A stretch of DNA of 64,000 bases from a virus. Location of the stretch: IMG/VR virus record IMGVR_UViG_3300032893_000001, positions 1 to 64,000 of that record; one strand, given 5' to 3'. Shown one piece after another: positions 27,207 through 36,649 of the stretch (positions are counted from its first letter, which is position 1; each line of letters begins with the position of its first letter). The position numbers and the translations under genes are program-made. Below the pieces are notes generated by a model. It was not told the origin of the DNA. It saw nothing but the letters and a program-made list of their open reading frames with translations, and did not search any database.

Positions 27207-30200
27207 CTAGTAATGGTGCGGCGCGACCGCAGGCGTCTTTCCATGCGCCTTGGTGGAAGTAGCCAAGCCGAACTCGGCGCCGTACGCAACACCTGGAATC
27301 GGGTGAGCTCCGTGGATGTGCGAAGCCAGCCCCATCGAGGCCGCTTCCATCAACGTGTTGCGCAACCGCTGGTGCTGAAGCTTGGCCATCCAGTCTTCTT
27401 GCAGCGACAGCGGGAGCATGTCTACTCCCTGAAGAACCGGTTCGTGCAAGATCGGCTGCTTGCCTTTGAGCTCCGTGTCGTTGATCTTGCGGATCATCGA
27501 CGTCGGGTAGAACTCGCCGCGGAGAACGTGCGGGTGGTCACCAGGGTCCTGGACCTTGGTGAGGTTGCTCATCGACTTGACCAGCGTCTCCACCGCGCGA
27601 CGACGAAGCCCCTCGTCCTTGTACAAGTCGTAGATGCTGGCGGCGAGATGGTTCTGCACCTTCTCGATCGACTTCGTCGCCCGGTACAAGTCGTGCGGGT
27701 TGACGTACGTACGATTCGGATCGGAGAGCACTTGCCCTGCGTCGACGTGCAGACCAACCTCCGGCGGCTGCCATCCGACGTAGCTCTTGGCCGTACGGTC
27801 CGCATGCGGCAAGTCTTCGTGGAGCGGCATGCCGCCAGCGTCGCGACCGACGTGGTGCGGCTGCCCGTTCACCCAGATTTTCACGCCGGTCGGGTCTTTC
27901 TCGATGCGCTCGATCTTTCCACTCGTCATCGCCACCGTCGCGGCGTTGGGAATCTTCCTCGGCAGCTTGGTGAGCTGTTCGAAGCGAGCGAACTGGTTCA
28001 AGATCTTCGAGCCGCCACCAGCCTCCTGCACGCCGCCGGTGTGGAAGCTCTTGAGCGTGAGCTGCACCGCGCGCTCTCCAACTGCCTGCGCGGCCATGAC
28101 GCCGACGTTCGTACCTAGAGGATGCAGAGCGCCGTTGACCGAGGGGCCGACGTCCATCTGGCAGAGGCCCTTCGGCATCTCGCACTTGAGCGGGCTACGA
28201 ACAACGACACGCGCGTTCTTGTCCGCCGCTCGAATCTGAGCGACGAGGTCCGGCGTGAGCAGCGTATTGCGGGGAATGTGCAGGTTGCCTGCCTTGAAGT
28301 CCTGCGCGAGGTAGCGATCGTGCACGTCCTTCTCGCCGATGGACAACGATACACCGTTGTGGGTACCGCAGTCGTGCCCCTCGACCATCATGTTCATCGA
28401 GGTATTCATCAGGAGCTTCGAGATGGCGCCCGGCTCTTGAACCTCTTGCACCTTCATGACGGCGCCTCGACGCGCGCCATGGAGCTGCGTCCAGTAGCCT
28501 GCGAGATCGAGTCCTTCGGCGTAGCTCTTGGTCACGGGCGTCGGAATGAAGCGGTCCGCCGAGTCCTTGAGAATCATCGGCGCCAAGACCATCTGCTTGT
28601 ACTGGTCCCAGCTCGGCTTCACGCCGGCGGCCTGCATCAGGAACAAATTCGACGGGTGCGCCGACATCGTGTCCGTGTGCGCCTTCTTCATATCGTCGGA
28701 CGCCTTGATCCAGGCATCGACAGAGCGACGCTCCTTCTCTGCCTCGGAGATGTTCATCGCGTGGATCGCATCAACCTTCTTCTGCGCTTCGCCCAAGACC
28801 CGACCGCGCGCTGCCTTGTCCGGCGTCACGTCATCGAGGGACAACGAATGCGTGCCGATCGGCAACCACTTGTCCTTCACCAGGTCCGTCTTGATGAGGC
28901 CGAAGGACGCTCCGTTGCCGATATCCTTGATGTCGTTGACGATGCGACCGAACTCGTGTCGATGGTTGTTGCCCACGTCCGTGAGCAAAGAATCGAGCCC
29001 TTTCTTGTCGATCTTGAAGGAGAAGTCGGTGAGCATCTTCTGCTGCATCGCCTCCGGCAGCGCCGACGCAAGAAGAACTCGACCAGGCGTCGTCTTCTTT
29101 CCCTTCATCGTCACCACGTCGGTGTAGCTCACAACGCCACGACGAAGAGCGTCTGCGACCTCCGCAGGGCTAGAAAAGAGATGCTTCGTCTCGTTCCCGA
29201 CGAGGGACAGCTTGTACAGCCCGAGCGCGCTCTCTAGCGTCGGTTGGTACATGACCTTGCCGGACGCCTCGTTGAAGATGTTGTTCGACGGGAACATCTT
29301 CTCTGCTTCTCGAACAGCTTCGCTGCTGATGGGAACGAACATCGCCATCGTGTCGCCGTCGAAGTCCGCGTTGTACCCACCCGTAACGAGCGGGTGGATC
29401 TGAATCGCACTTCCGTGAACGAGGCGGGGCTTGAACGCCTGGACGGAGTACTTGTGCAGCGCGGGGTCGCGCTTCAGCAGGACGGGGCGCTCGCTCATGA
29501 CGTGCTCGAGCGCGTGCCACACCGTGGGATCGTCCTTGCCCTTGTGTACGTCGGACAAGAGCTTCTGCGCTTCGAGCGGATTCTTCGCGAGGCCCTGAAG
29601 CACAAGCTGACGAACGACGAACGGTCGAAAGAGCGTGAGAGCGGCGTCCTTCGGAACGCCGACCTCGTCGAGGCCGAGAGCCGGCTCTGGAACGATCGTC
29701 GAGCGCATGGTCAGATCTTGTCGACGGGTGATCAGCGTCTTCTGGAAGAACCCTTCCTTCGGCTGCGACCCCTTGATCTGCTCGAGCAGCCCGCGCTCCT
29801 TGCGCTCACGGTTGAGTGAGCCGACGCCGACCAGCGCCTTGATGCCATCGTAGTAGTCGTCACGGAGCTTCTGCTTGCGCTTGTCCGTGAGGTTGGCCTG
29901 AAGAACCGGGTCCTTCAGCTTGTCGTTGACCTGTGCGAACTGAGCGTAGAGCCCGTTCACGTCCTCGTACTTCACGTTGCCATCCTGCATCACCGTCAAT
30001 GGGCGAATGACCGGAGGCAAGATCGGAAGGTTGTGCAAGATGTACGCTTCCGACGGCTTCAGATCGAGCTGATGAAGCGCCTCGAGGTACTTCACGCGCT
30101 TGAGCGAAGAGTCGAGCTTCGACGCAGATGCTGTGCGCAGCTCTCGACGAGCTCGTTGAAGTTCACCGGGAACCTCGATGCGATCGAGTAGCATCTTGAT

Positions 30201-33200
30201 GCCCGCGCCGCCGGCGACTCCATCCTTCGCAGAGACGATCTTGAACGTCGTCGGATGAACGCCGAGCTCACCGGAGACGACTCCATCGAAGTTCTTCTGG
30301 GTCAGCCCCGTCAAGCTCTTGATCGCGTTCTCGAACACCGGGTTCGGAACAGGCTCCGCAAGCTTGATGTGCGACCACTTCGTGCCGCCGTGCCCTCCCG
30401 TGACCTTCTCATCGAAGAGCCCGCCCGGCATCGGCTTGAGCTCTCCCGTCTTGTCCGCCTTCGCGCGAACGAGCTTGCCAGCGTCCTTCAGCTCACCGCC
30501 CGACATCGACAGAATGTGCTTGTCCGTCAACGGGGACAGCACGAGGTTGCTGCCATGCTTCTCGATGTTGATGCCCGCGCCCTTGAGCATCTCGGTGAAC
30601 TTGTGGAAGGCGAACGTCGGCTTCGGAGGAGGAAGCGCAGTCCCTTCTTGAATCGCCTTCCACACGTCGATGTGCTGTGAAGGCCAACGCTTGGCCTCGT
30701 TCGATTGGGGATCGGTGCCTTCGCTCTTCCACGTCTGCATCTCGCGGATGTTCGCTCGAGCTCCGTGCGCCAGCATCGCGTACAAGCCGAGTGCACCAAG
30801 ACTCTGCCCACCTGCGTGACCGCCACTCGAGGGCTGAAGATTCATGTCGTAGCCCTCGGAGCCAGGCATGCCCGGCAAGTTCATGCCGGAGCGGACCGAG
30901 AGCTTCTTCTCGACTTGATGCACGAGCTTCAGCATGTACTGCGGACCGGTGAGGGCCTTGCCGAGAGACTTCTTCGTGATCGGGTCGAAGAGCTCCTCGG
31001 TATCACTGATGCCATGCTGCTTCAGATCGCTTTTCACCTTCTCGAGGTAGTCGGGCGTCTTCGCATCGAAGTTCTTGACCACGTAGGGCTTGCCGGTCTT
31101 TTCGGCGATCTTCGCCGCAGCAGTCTCGAGCATCTGCCCGATGTTCATACGACCGGGAACGCCCGACGGGTTCAGCAGCACGTCGACGGGCTTGCCGCTC
31201 TTGTCGTGCGGCATCTCGTGGTTCGGCAAGATCATCGTGACGATGCCCTTGTTGCCGTATCGCCCCGCCAACTTGTCGCCGACCTGCATCGGCTCCGTGG
31301 TTCGCACGTGGACCGTGATCTTGTCCGGGCCGCGGTGAACACCGACGACCTCGCCTTCGAACTCGGAATCCCAACGAACGGAGCTGTCCGTGTGGTGTCC
31401 TAGTACGTGCTTGCGCATGGCAGCGAGTCCGGTTCGATCTTTCACCTCGAAGGGGCGCATCGCCACAATCAGTGGATCGCCAGGATGAACCTTCTGTCCG
31501 ACGCGAACGACGCCCTTGTCGTCGAGCTTGTCGAACTGCTTCGAGTTGAAGACGCCAGGGTGCTGCTGGTTGAACTGCTTGGGATCGAAGACGACGTTGT
31601 CGATCTTGTCGAGACTGTGCTTGTGCAGGTGCAAGCTGGACAACTTGTCCGCCGCGGCCTGGCTGATGACCACGCCGTCCTCGAAGTTGTACCCCTTGAA
31701 TGGCACGTACGAGACGCGCAGGTTCGTACCGAGCGCAAGCGCTCCGCCCTTGGAGAAGTTGGTGTCCGCGAGAACTTGCCCTGTCTTCACGTGCTGACCG
31801 ACGCTGACTGTCGGCGTCGAGTGAAGGACGCTCTTCGCGTCGTTGAGCGGGTAGTAGTGGTACGTCTGCACCTCGTGATCCACACCGTTCTTGTCCGTGA
31901 CGATCACGCCATCCTTGAGCAGCTTCTTGACCGTCCCATCGACAGGAGAACGTTGCGACGTCTGATGCCCAAGAACGCGCTCGAAGGTGTCGATGCCTTC
32001 TGCTGCGACACCCGACGATACCTGCACCAACGGAGCCTCGCGGTTGACGAGGGAGATCGCTTGCTCCATGTGGCGGCTCGCCATTCCCGCGCGGCCGCCC
32101 GAGTTGTTCCCCAAGAAGGGAATGAGGTTCGACGTCAGGTTGAAGAGCTGGCTCGAGTGCCGCAGAACGTAGTCCGCTTCTTGAAGCTTGCCTTCCTCGA
32201 TCTTGTTGCCCTTGCCCACCATCTTTACGCGGCCGGAGGTGGCGTGGGGCTTTCCATCTTTCCACTCGACCTGGTCCGGCAGCGCGACACGACTCACAGC
32301 AAAAGTGTCTGGGCCGATGTCCTCGATACGCCCAGTCTTCATGTTGTAGAGCGGGATTCTCGCTTCGTTGCCGATCTTCTTCACGCCAAGAGGCAGGCGC
32401 AGCGTTACCCCTGTCTTCTCTCCTTCCGGAGTGTTGATGGGATCGAGGAACCCGATGTGCGAAGGATTGATCATCTTCGCTTCGTTGTTGACACTGCGCT
32501 CCGTTTTGATGCCGCCAGGACCCATGATCGTGGTCTGCATCGCTGAAGACGCCATCTCGAGAGGGTTGATCTGACTGGCTGCTCGAGAGACTGCGGCTCC
32601 CGTAAAGAACTGTCGAATGGGCTCGTTGAAGACGTCGAATTTGACGACGTCGCGAATGCCGCTGACGCGTTGGCTGTTGAGCTGCCGCTGCACCTTCTGA
32701 GTAATCGGGCGCGCGACGCGACGAAGAGCGTCCTGCGCATAGTCGCCAACCGTCCTCAAATTCTTGAAGGTCAAAGAGTCGCGATCATCCTCTGGAGCGC
32801 CCGCCTGCACCTTGAGGAGCTTCTTAGTTGCAAGATGAAGAGCGTCCCCCGTCACGTGGTCGAATCGCTGACCGAGTGTGCGTTCCGTGACCTCGGGTAG
32901 AAGCCTGGACTCCTGCATCGTGTGGAACAGTAACTCCTCGACTTCCTTCCGAGACGTCGCCGGTTTGCCCGTAGTCGTCTTGTAGAACTGCTCGAGTGTT
33001 CCTGCCGTACGCTTAGCGTTCTTATTCGCGCTGAAGATCTCCTTACCCCACGACTTCTCGAGGTCGTCGTCACTCACCCCCATCGTCTTGAGGAGCGGGT
33101 AGATTGGAAGCTTGGCCTTCTTGTACTTGACGGTGAACTGCTTCGAAGCGGGATCGAAGATGATGTCAAAGCTGCTTCGACTAACGACGTTGAACTTCGC

Positions 33201-33593
33201 GTTCAGTTCCCCGTTGTCTTGCCGACGAACGTAGACACCCGGCTTGAGCTGCCACTGGTTGTCGACCTGGTACTCCTGCCCATCGACGATGTAGCTGTAG
33301 CGCTCGGTCGGCCGAGGGAGCTCCATCAGACGAACGCGTTTCTGGTCGATGACCTTGTTCGTGTCGTTGTCGCGCAGCGACATCGTGGCGTAGACCGGCA
33401 CCGCCCACGTCTTGCCGTCGATCTTCGCTTGGTGCTGCGAGCGAATGTCATTCGAGCGAAGGTTGTCTTCCACGTCGATGTTGTCGAGGTGAAGCGACAG
33501 CGTGCGCCCTCGGATCGGGAAGTGCGTCTTCACGGTGTCGACGACGTGGGAGCGCAGGTCTTCGAATGCTTCGTCGGGGTTCAGGTAGGCCAT
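27207..33593 (-). CDS. rpoBC: DNA-directed RNA polymerase, fused beta-beta' single chain (2128 aa)
   Basis: Beta motifs (TPEG, GYNFEDG, GDKLAGRYGNKG, LNPSGVPGRMNIGQ, YMLKLVH) followed in the same frame by beta' motifs (LPPVIRP, RDPALH, NADFDGD, GARRG, AAQAVGE...LKSFHTGG). Confidence 0.95.
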   Translation of the reverse strand: MAYLNPDEAFEDLRSHVVDTVKTHFPIRGRTLSLHLDNIDVEDNLRSNDIRSQHQAKIDGKTWAVPVYATMSLRDNDTNKVIDQKRVRLMELPRPTERYSYIVDGQEYQVDNQWQLKPGVYVRRQDNGELNAKFNVVSRSSFDIIFDPASKQFTVKYKKAKLPIYPLLKTMGVSDDDLEKSWGKEIFSANKNAKRTAGTLEQFYKTTTGKPATSRKEVEELLFHTMQESRLLPEVTERTLGQRFDHVTGDALHLATKKLLKVQAGAPEDDRDSLTFKNLRTVGDYAQDALRRVARPITQKVQRQLNSQRVSGIRDVVKFDVFNEPIRQFFTGAAVSRAASQINPLEMASSAMQTTIMGPGGIKTERSVNNEAKMINPSHIGFLDPINTPEGEKTGVTLRLPLGVKKIGNEARIPLYNMKTGRIEDIGPDTFAVSRVALPDQVEWKDGKPHATSGRVKMVGKGNKIEEGKLQEADYVLRHSSQLFNLTSNLIPFLGNNSGGRAGMASRHMEQAISLVNREAPLVQVSSGVAAEGIDTFERVLGHQTSQRSPVDGTVKKLLKDGVIVTDKNGVDHEVQTYHYYPLNDAKSVLHSTPTVSVGQHVKTGQVLADTNFSKGGALALGTNLRVSYVPFKGYNFEDGVVISQAAADKLSSLHLHKHSLDKIDNVVFDPKQFNQQHPGVFNSKQFDKLDDKGVVRVGQKVHPGDPLIVAMRPFEVKDRTGLAAMRKHVLGHHTDSSVRWDSEFEGEVVGVHRGPDKITVHVRTTEPMQVGDKLAGRYGNKGIVTMILPNHEMPHDKSGKPVDVLLNPSGVPGRMNIGQMLETAAAKIAEKTGKPYVVKNFDAKTPDYLEKVKSDLKQHGISDTEELFDPITKKSLGKALTGPQYMLKLVHQVEKKLSVRSGMNLPGMPGSEGYDMNLQPSSGGHAGGQSLGALGLYAMLAHGARANIREMQTWKSEGTDPQSNEAKRWPSQHIDVWKAIQEGTALPPPKPTFAFHKFTEMLKGAGINIEKHGSNLVLSPLTDKHILSMSGGELKDAGKLVRAKADKTGELKPMPGGLFDEKVTGGHGGTKWSHIKLAEPVPNPVFENAIKSLTGLTQKNFDGVVSGELGVHPTTFKIVSAKDGVAGGAGIKMLLDRIEVPGELQRARRELRTASASKLDSSLKRVKYLEALHQLDLKPSEAYILHNLPILPPVIRPLTVMQDGNVKYEDVNGLYAQFAQVNDKLKDPVLQANLTDKRKQKLRDDYYDGIKALVGVGSLNRERKERGLLEQIKGSQPKEGFFQKTLITRRQDLTMRSTIVPEPALGLDEVGVPKDAALTLFRPFVVRQLVLQGLAKNPLEAQKLLSDVHKGKDDPTVWHALEHVMSERPVLLKRDPALHKYSVQAFKPRLVHGSAIQIHPLVTGGYNADFDGDTMAMFVPISSEAVREAEKMFPSNNIFNEASGKVMYQPTLESALGLYKLSLVGNETKHLFSSPAEVADALRRGVVSYTDVVTMKGKKTTPGRVLLASALPEAMQQKMLTDFSFKIDKKGLDSLLTDVGNNHRHEFGRIVNDIKDIGNGASFGLIKTDLVKDKWLPIGTHSLSLDDVTPDKAARGRVLGEAQKKVDAIHAMNISEAEKERRSVDAWIKASDDMKKAHTDTMSAHPSNLFLMQAAGVKPSWDQYKQMVLAPMILKDSADRFIPTPVTKSYAEGLDLAGYWTQLHGARRGAVMKVQEVQEPGAISKLLMNTSMNMMVEGHDCGTHNGVSLSIGEKDVHDRYLAQDFKAGNLHIPRNTLLTPDLVAQIRAADKNARVVVRSPLKCEMPKGLCQMDVGPSVNGALHPLGTNVGVMAAQAVGERAVQLTLKSFHTGGVQEAGGGSKILNQFARFEQLTKLPRKIPNAATVAMTSGKIERIEKDPTGVKIWVNGQPHHVGRDAGGMPLHEDLPHADRTAKSYVGWQPPEVGLHVDAGQVLSDPNRTYVNPHDLYRATKSIEKVQNHLAASIYDLYKDEGLRRRAVETLVKSMSNLTKVQDPGDHPHVLRGEFYPTSMIRKINDTELKGKQPILHEPVLQGVDMLPLSLQEDWMAKLQHQRLRNTLMEAASMGLASHIHGAHPIPGVAYGAEFGLATSTKAHGKTPAVAPHHY

Positions 33594-33610
33594 TGCGGGT
33601 GCTCTTGAGC

Positions 33611-33640
33611 AAGTTACCCCACGCGCAGAACGTCGAGCAA
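33611..33640 (-). promoter_or_regulatory. Sigma70-like promoter candidate for the RNAP gene
   Basis: TTGCTC-N18-TAACTT, ending 17 nt before the ATG. Confidence 0.4.
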
Positions 33641-33664
33641 GACGAGTGCAGACGCAGGAACAAG
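33637..33664 (+). promoter_or_regulatory. Candidate phage promoter GCAA-N16-GGAACAAG
   Basis: One of four copies found at plus-strand operon starts. Confidence 0.5.
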
Positions 33665-33718
33665 AACTATGGCGAAAAACATCGCGTTCGCCGCAAAAAC
33701 GCAGCGTTGGAGAATTTG

Positions 33719-33847
33719 ATGACGAACTGCCCGATCGAGCCCGGCGACAACGCCGGCAAGAGGTTCGAAGAGATCATCGACCGGCTGTTTTGGAACGATG
33801 AAGACGTGGACGACGAGTGCGACGAGGAAGACCAAGAGGAGGACTGA
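33719..33847 (+). CDS. Small acidic peptide (42 aa)
   Basis: MTNCPIEPG...DEDVDDECDEEDQEED; GGAGA RBS; TGATG-coupled on both sides. Confidence 0.45.
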   Translation: MTNCPIEPGDNAGKRFEEIIDRLFWNDEDVDDECDEEDQEED

Positions 33848-33925
33848 TGCTGCATCTTTTTGGCTGGGCGCTCTTGTTCGGATTCCTTCACGGCCTGCGG
33901 GCCTGGATGCTGGAGAGGCTGCGCC

Positions 33926-34525
33926 ATGATCGTACACCCTGAACAGGAAAGAAGCCGCTTCACTACGTGCGGCGGGCGGATGCTGGAGGAAACCTTCGGC
34001 CTTGTCGGCGTCAAGGTGACAGACCCGCTACGGGCCGACCGGCAGTGGACGCTGGACGGCGTCTACCTGCCGGTGCGCGGAAGGCTCGTCGGTGGCATCC
34101 GCGCGCACGCCACCGATCAGAAGGGCTTCGCGTCGTTCATCAACCAGCGTGACCTCGAGGTCCTCCTTGGAGTCGGTCAACCGGGGACGTACTGCCGATG
34201 GCTCGGGCAGGACTACGTCGACCCGCTCGACAAGGAACGTTGGTTCGGATTCGTGATGGATGACGATGACCTGACCGACGACCTGTACGCGCGTGAGCAA
34301 GAAATGCGGCTTGTGCAGGAAGAAGTAACGGGAGCGGTGCTCTTGCCTGAAGGAGTCGAGCTCACGAGGCGAATCCACCTCAGCCCCGGAGTCGATTGCG
34401 AAGAGCTCCTGTTGTTCGCAGGAGAGCAGTGGTTCGAGAACGGCGTTCCAGACTTCCGCGTCGAGACCGCGGAGTTGCGCTGGCGACGCGTAGAAAGGAT
34501 TGCAGTCGAATGGCGGAGAATCTAA
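33926..34525 (+). CDS. Hypothetical protein
   Basis: ATG 33926 after GGAGAGG; typical codon use. Confidence 0.65.
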   Translation: MIVHPEQERSRFTTCGGRMLEETFGLVGVKVTDPLRADRQWTLDGVYLPVRGRLVGGIRAHATDQKGFASFINQRDLEVLLGVGQPGTYCRWLGQDYVDPLDKERWFGFVMDDDDLTDDLYAREQEMRLVQEEVTGAVLLPEGVELTRRIHLSPGVDCEELLLFAGEQWFENGVPDFRVETAELRWRRVERIAVEWRRI

Positions 34526-35142
34526 CGCACGGACCTTTTGAAGAAGAAGACGAAGAGGAGGAAGAAGAAGGGCACCCAACCGAGCTCGTCTGCCTTCACT
34601 GCATGGAGCGCATCGTCACCGGGGAGGACGTCGCGCTGTTCCAACTCGTCGAGCCTTGGCTGTCGAAAGAGGACGGCGAGGTGAAGTACTTGATCCTCCG
34701 AGACGACAACGACGAACCTCTCGTCGAACCGGTCTTCTTCGACTTCAGTTGCTACGAAGAACTGGAAGAAACGATTCGAGAGCAACTCGAAGACGAGCCG
34801 CCGAACGTCGAGACGCACAGCGTTCTCGAGTGCGACTACTGCGGAGACAGCATTCGAATGGGCGAACGGTGCATCGCCGTCGACATCGGAGAAGTCGCCT
34901 TCTCTCCGAGAACGCCGACGCTGAAAGGCGTCTGCTCCCCCACCACGACGTTTCTCGCCGCAGAAGGGGACCTATGGGTTGCCTGCCTGACGTGCGCTCG
35001 GCGTTTCCTTTCAGCAGCAGGAATCGAAGACTCCGATCTCGAGAACACCCTTGCGCAGGGAAGGGAATGCAAGGAATGCACGGCAACGAAGTGCTGGCGA
35101 CACGGCCGCTGCATGTGCCGCTGCCATTGGAGGCCCACGTGA
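34510..35142 (+). CDS. Cys-rich protein with tandem Zn-finger-like repeats
   Basis: CLHCMERIVTGE and CDYCGDSIRMGE repeats; C-terminal CKEC...CMCRCH. Confidence 0.7.
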   Translation: MAENLTHGPFEEEDEEEEEEGHPTELVCLHCMERIVTGEDVALFQLVEPWLSKEDGEVKYLILRDDNDEPLVEPVFFDFSCYEELEETIREQLEDEPPNVETHSVLECDYCGDSIRMGERCIAVDIGEVAFSPRTPTLKGVCSPTTTFLAAEGDLWVACLTCARRFLSAAGIEDSDLENTLAQGRECKECTATKCWRHGRCMCRCHWRPT

Positions 35143-35435
35143 GTGGGCAGGGCAAGTTCCTCGCCACTCGGATGGCGCGGAACCCGTACGGGGTGACGGA
35201 CCATGTCGTCGAGCGCTTCATGGAGCGCTGGCTCGACAGCCGTCACCTCTACAAGCAAGAGGTGCGCAACCACATCAACCAGCAGATTGCAGCGGCGTTC
35301 AAAGACGGAACGGTGCTCGTCAACTACGACGGCAAGAACAAGGTTCCGATCTCCTTCATGGGCGTTGACGGGTGGGCCATCGTGGACTCCGCCGGCAACG
35401 TCGTCACCGTCTACACGAAGAACGAGGACAAGTAA
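35139..35435 (+). CDS. Small protein, DUF4258/RelE-like fold candidate
   Basis: TDHVVERFMER...GNVVTVY pattern; GTGA overlap with the upstream gene; GGAGG RBS. Confidence 0.5.
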   Translation: MSGQGKFLATRMARNPYGVTDHVVERFMERWLDSRHLYKQEVRNHINQQIAAAFKDGTVLVNYDGKNKVPISFMGVDGWAIVDSAGNVVTVYTKNEDK

Positions 35436-36649
35436 TGCACACCGTCGAAGATGTGATCCGAGTTGCCATCTCCGTTCCCCTCGGAGACCCGAACGATCCG
35501 AACTGCATGTGGGGGTTGCCGTTGCTCATCTGGGGGAATCCGGGCATCGGCAAGTCCTCCCGCATCAAGAAGCTTGCGGCGCTTCTGCAAACGTACGCGG
35601 GCGTCGTCCTGCCGGCAGGACGTCTTCCCGAGGACTTCGCGGGACTCGCAGTGCAGGATGGCAAAGGGGGCGTCAACCTCGTCAGCATCCTGATGGCGGT
35701 GCGTGAGCTCGTGGAGATCGGCGAGGGCATCTTGTTCCTCGACGAGATCAACACCGCCCGCAGCGCCGTTCAGTCCACACTTCTTGGCGTCGTACTGGAC
35801 CGACGGTCTGGCGACGTCGAGATTCCTGGCAAGGTTCGTATCATCGCAGCCGCCAACCCTGTCGAGACCAGCGCCGGCGGCCACCCGCTCGAAGCTCCTC
35901 TCGCCAATCGGTTCATCCATTACGAGATGGACAAGCCGACGGCTCGCGAATGGGGAAACTACGTGCTCGGCGTCAAGAACGAGGAGGAAGACGTCACGCC
36001 TCTCTACGACATCGAGACGAAGATCAAAGAGAACTGGGCGAGGGCGTGGCTCGAGGTTGCACCTGTCTTCGTGGGCTACGCAGAAAGGTTCCCGAAGGCC
36101 CTCGAGGACATTCCCGATGCGGGCTCTACAGAGCGAAGCAAAGCGTTCCCGACCGCGCGCACGATGGAATGGGCCGTCCGCGCAGCAACGACGTGCCGCA
36201 TCCTGAACATCGGCGGGCAGCTCGAGTCCGTCATGCTCAAAGCGTGCATCGGCGCTGGTGCACGTGACGAGTTCCTCGCCTACCGCCGCGACTTGAAGCT
36301 GCCTTCTCCGAAGCAGGTCTTGAGCGAAGGCTTCGAGCCGGACAAACGCCTCGATCGCAACTACGTCGTGTACATCTCTCTCGCTGCGTACATCACTGGA
36401 CTTCCGCACAAGCAGGCGCAGGTCGACGCGGTGCTGAAAGCATGGCCGATTCTCCAACGTGGCTGCGAGGCTGGCTTCGCCGATCTCGTCTACCCCGCGG
36501 CGGTCGAGCTCGTGAACAAGAACCTGAGCTCTCTCGGTGGAGAGAAACTGGCGAAAGCATCCGAGCCGGTGATCGGACGATTCGGAGATCGTCTGATGAA
36601 GAACGCGAAGAAGATCTACGACTACAACAAGAACAAGGAGGCCGTATGA
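35435..36649 (+). CDS. MoxR-like AAA+ ATPase
   Basis: GNPGIGKS Walker A, LFLDEIN Walker B, AAANP, PLANRF. Confidence 0.9.
   Translation: MHTVEDVIRVAISVPLGDPNDPNCMWGLPLLIWGNPGIGKSSRIKKLAALLQTYAGVVLPAGRLPEDFAGLAVQDGKGGVNLVSILMAVRELVEIGEGILFLDEINTARSAVQSTLLGVVLDRRSGDVEIPGKVRIIAAANPVETSAGGHPLEAPLANRFIHYEMDKPTAREWGNYVLGVKNEEEDVTPLYDIETKIKENWARAWLEVAPVFVGYAERFPKALEDIPDAGSTERSKAFPTARTMEWAVRAATTCRILNIGGQLESVMLKACIGAGARDEFLAYRRDLKLPSPKQVLSEGFEPDKRLDRNYVVYISLAAYITGLPHKQAQVDAVLKAWPILQRGCEAGFADLVYPAAVELVNKNLSSLGGEKLAKASEPVIGRFGDRLMKNAKKIYDYNKNKEAV

Noticed and set aside
27207-33593. Host chromosomal rpoB-rpoC locus
   Set aside because: No ribosomal-protein neighbours, large deletions and strong divergence, and flanked by phage spike and accessory genes.
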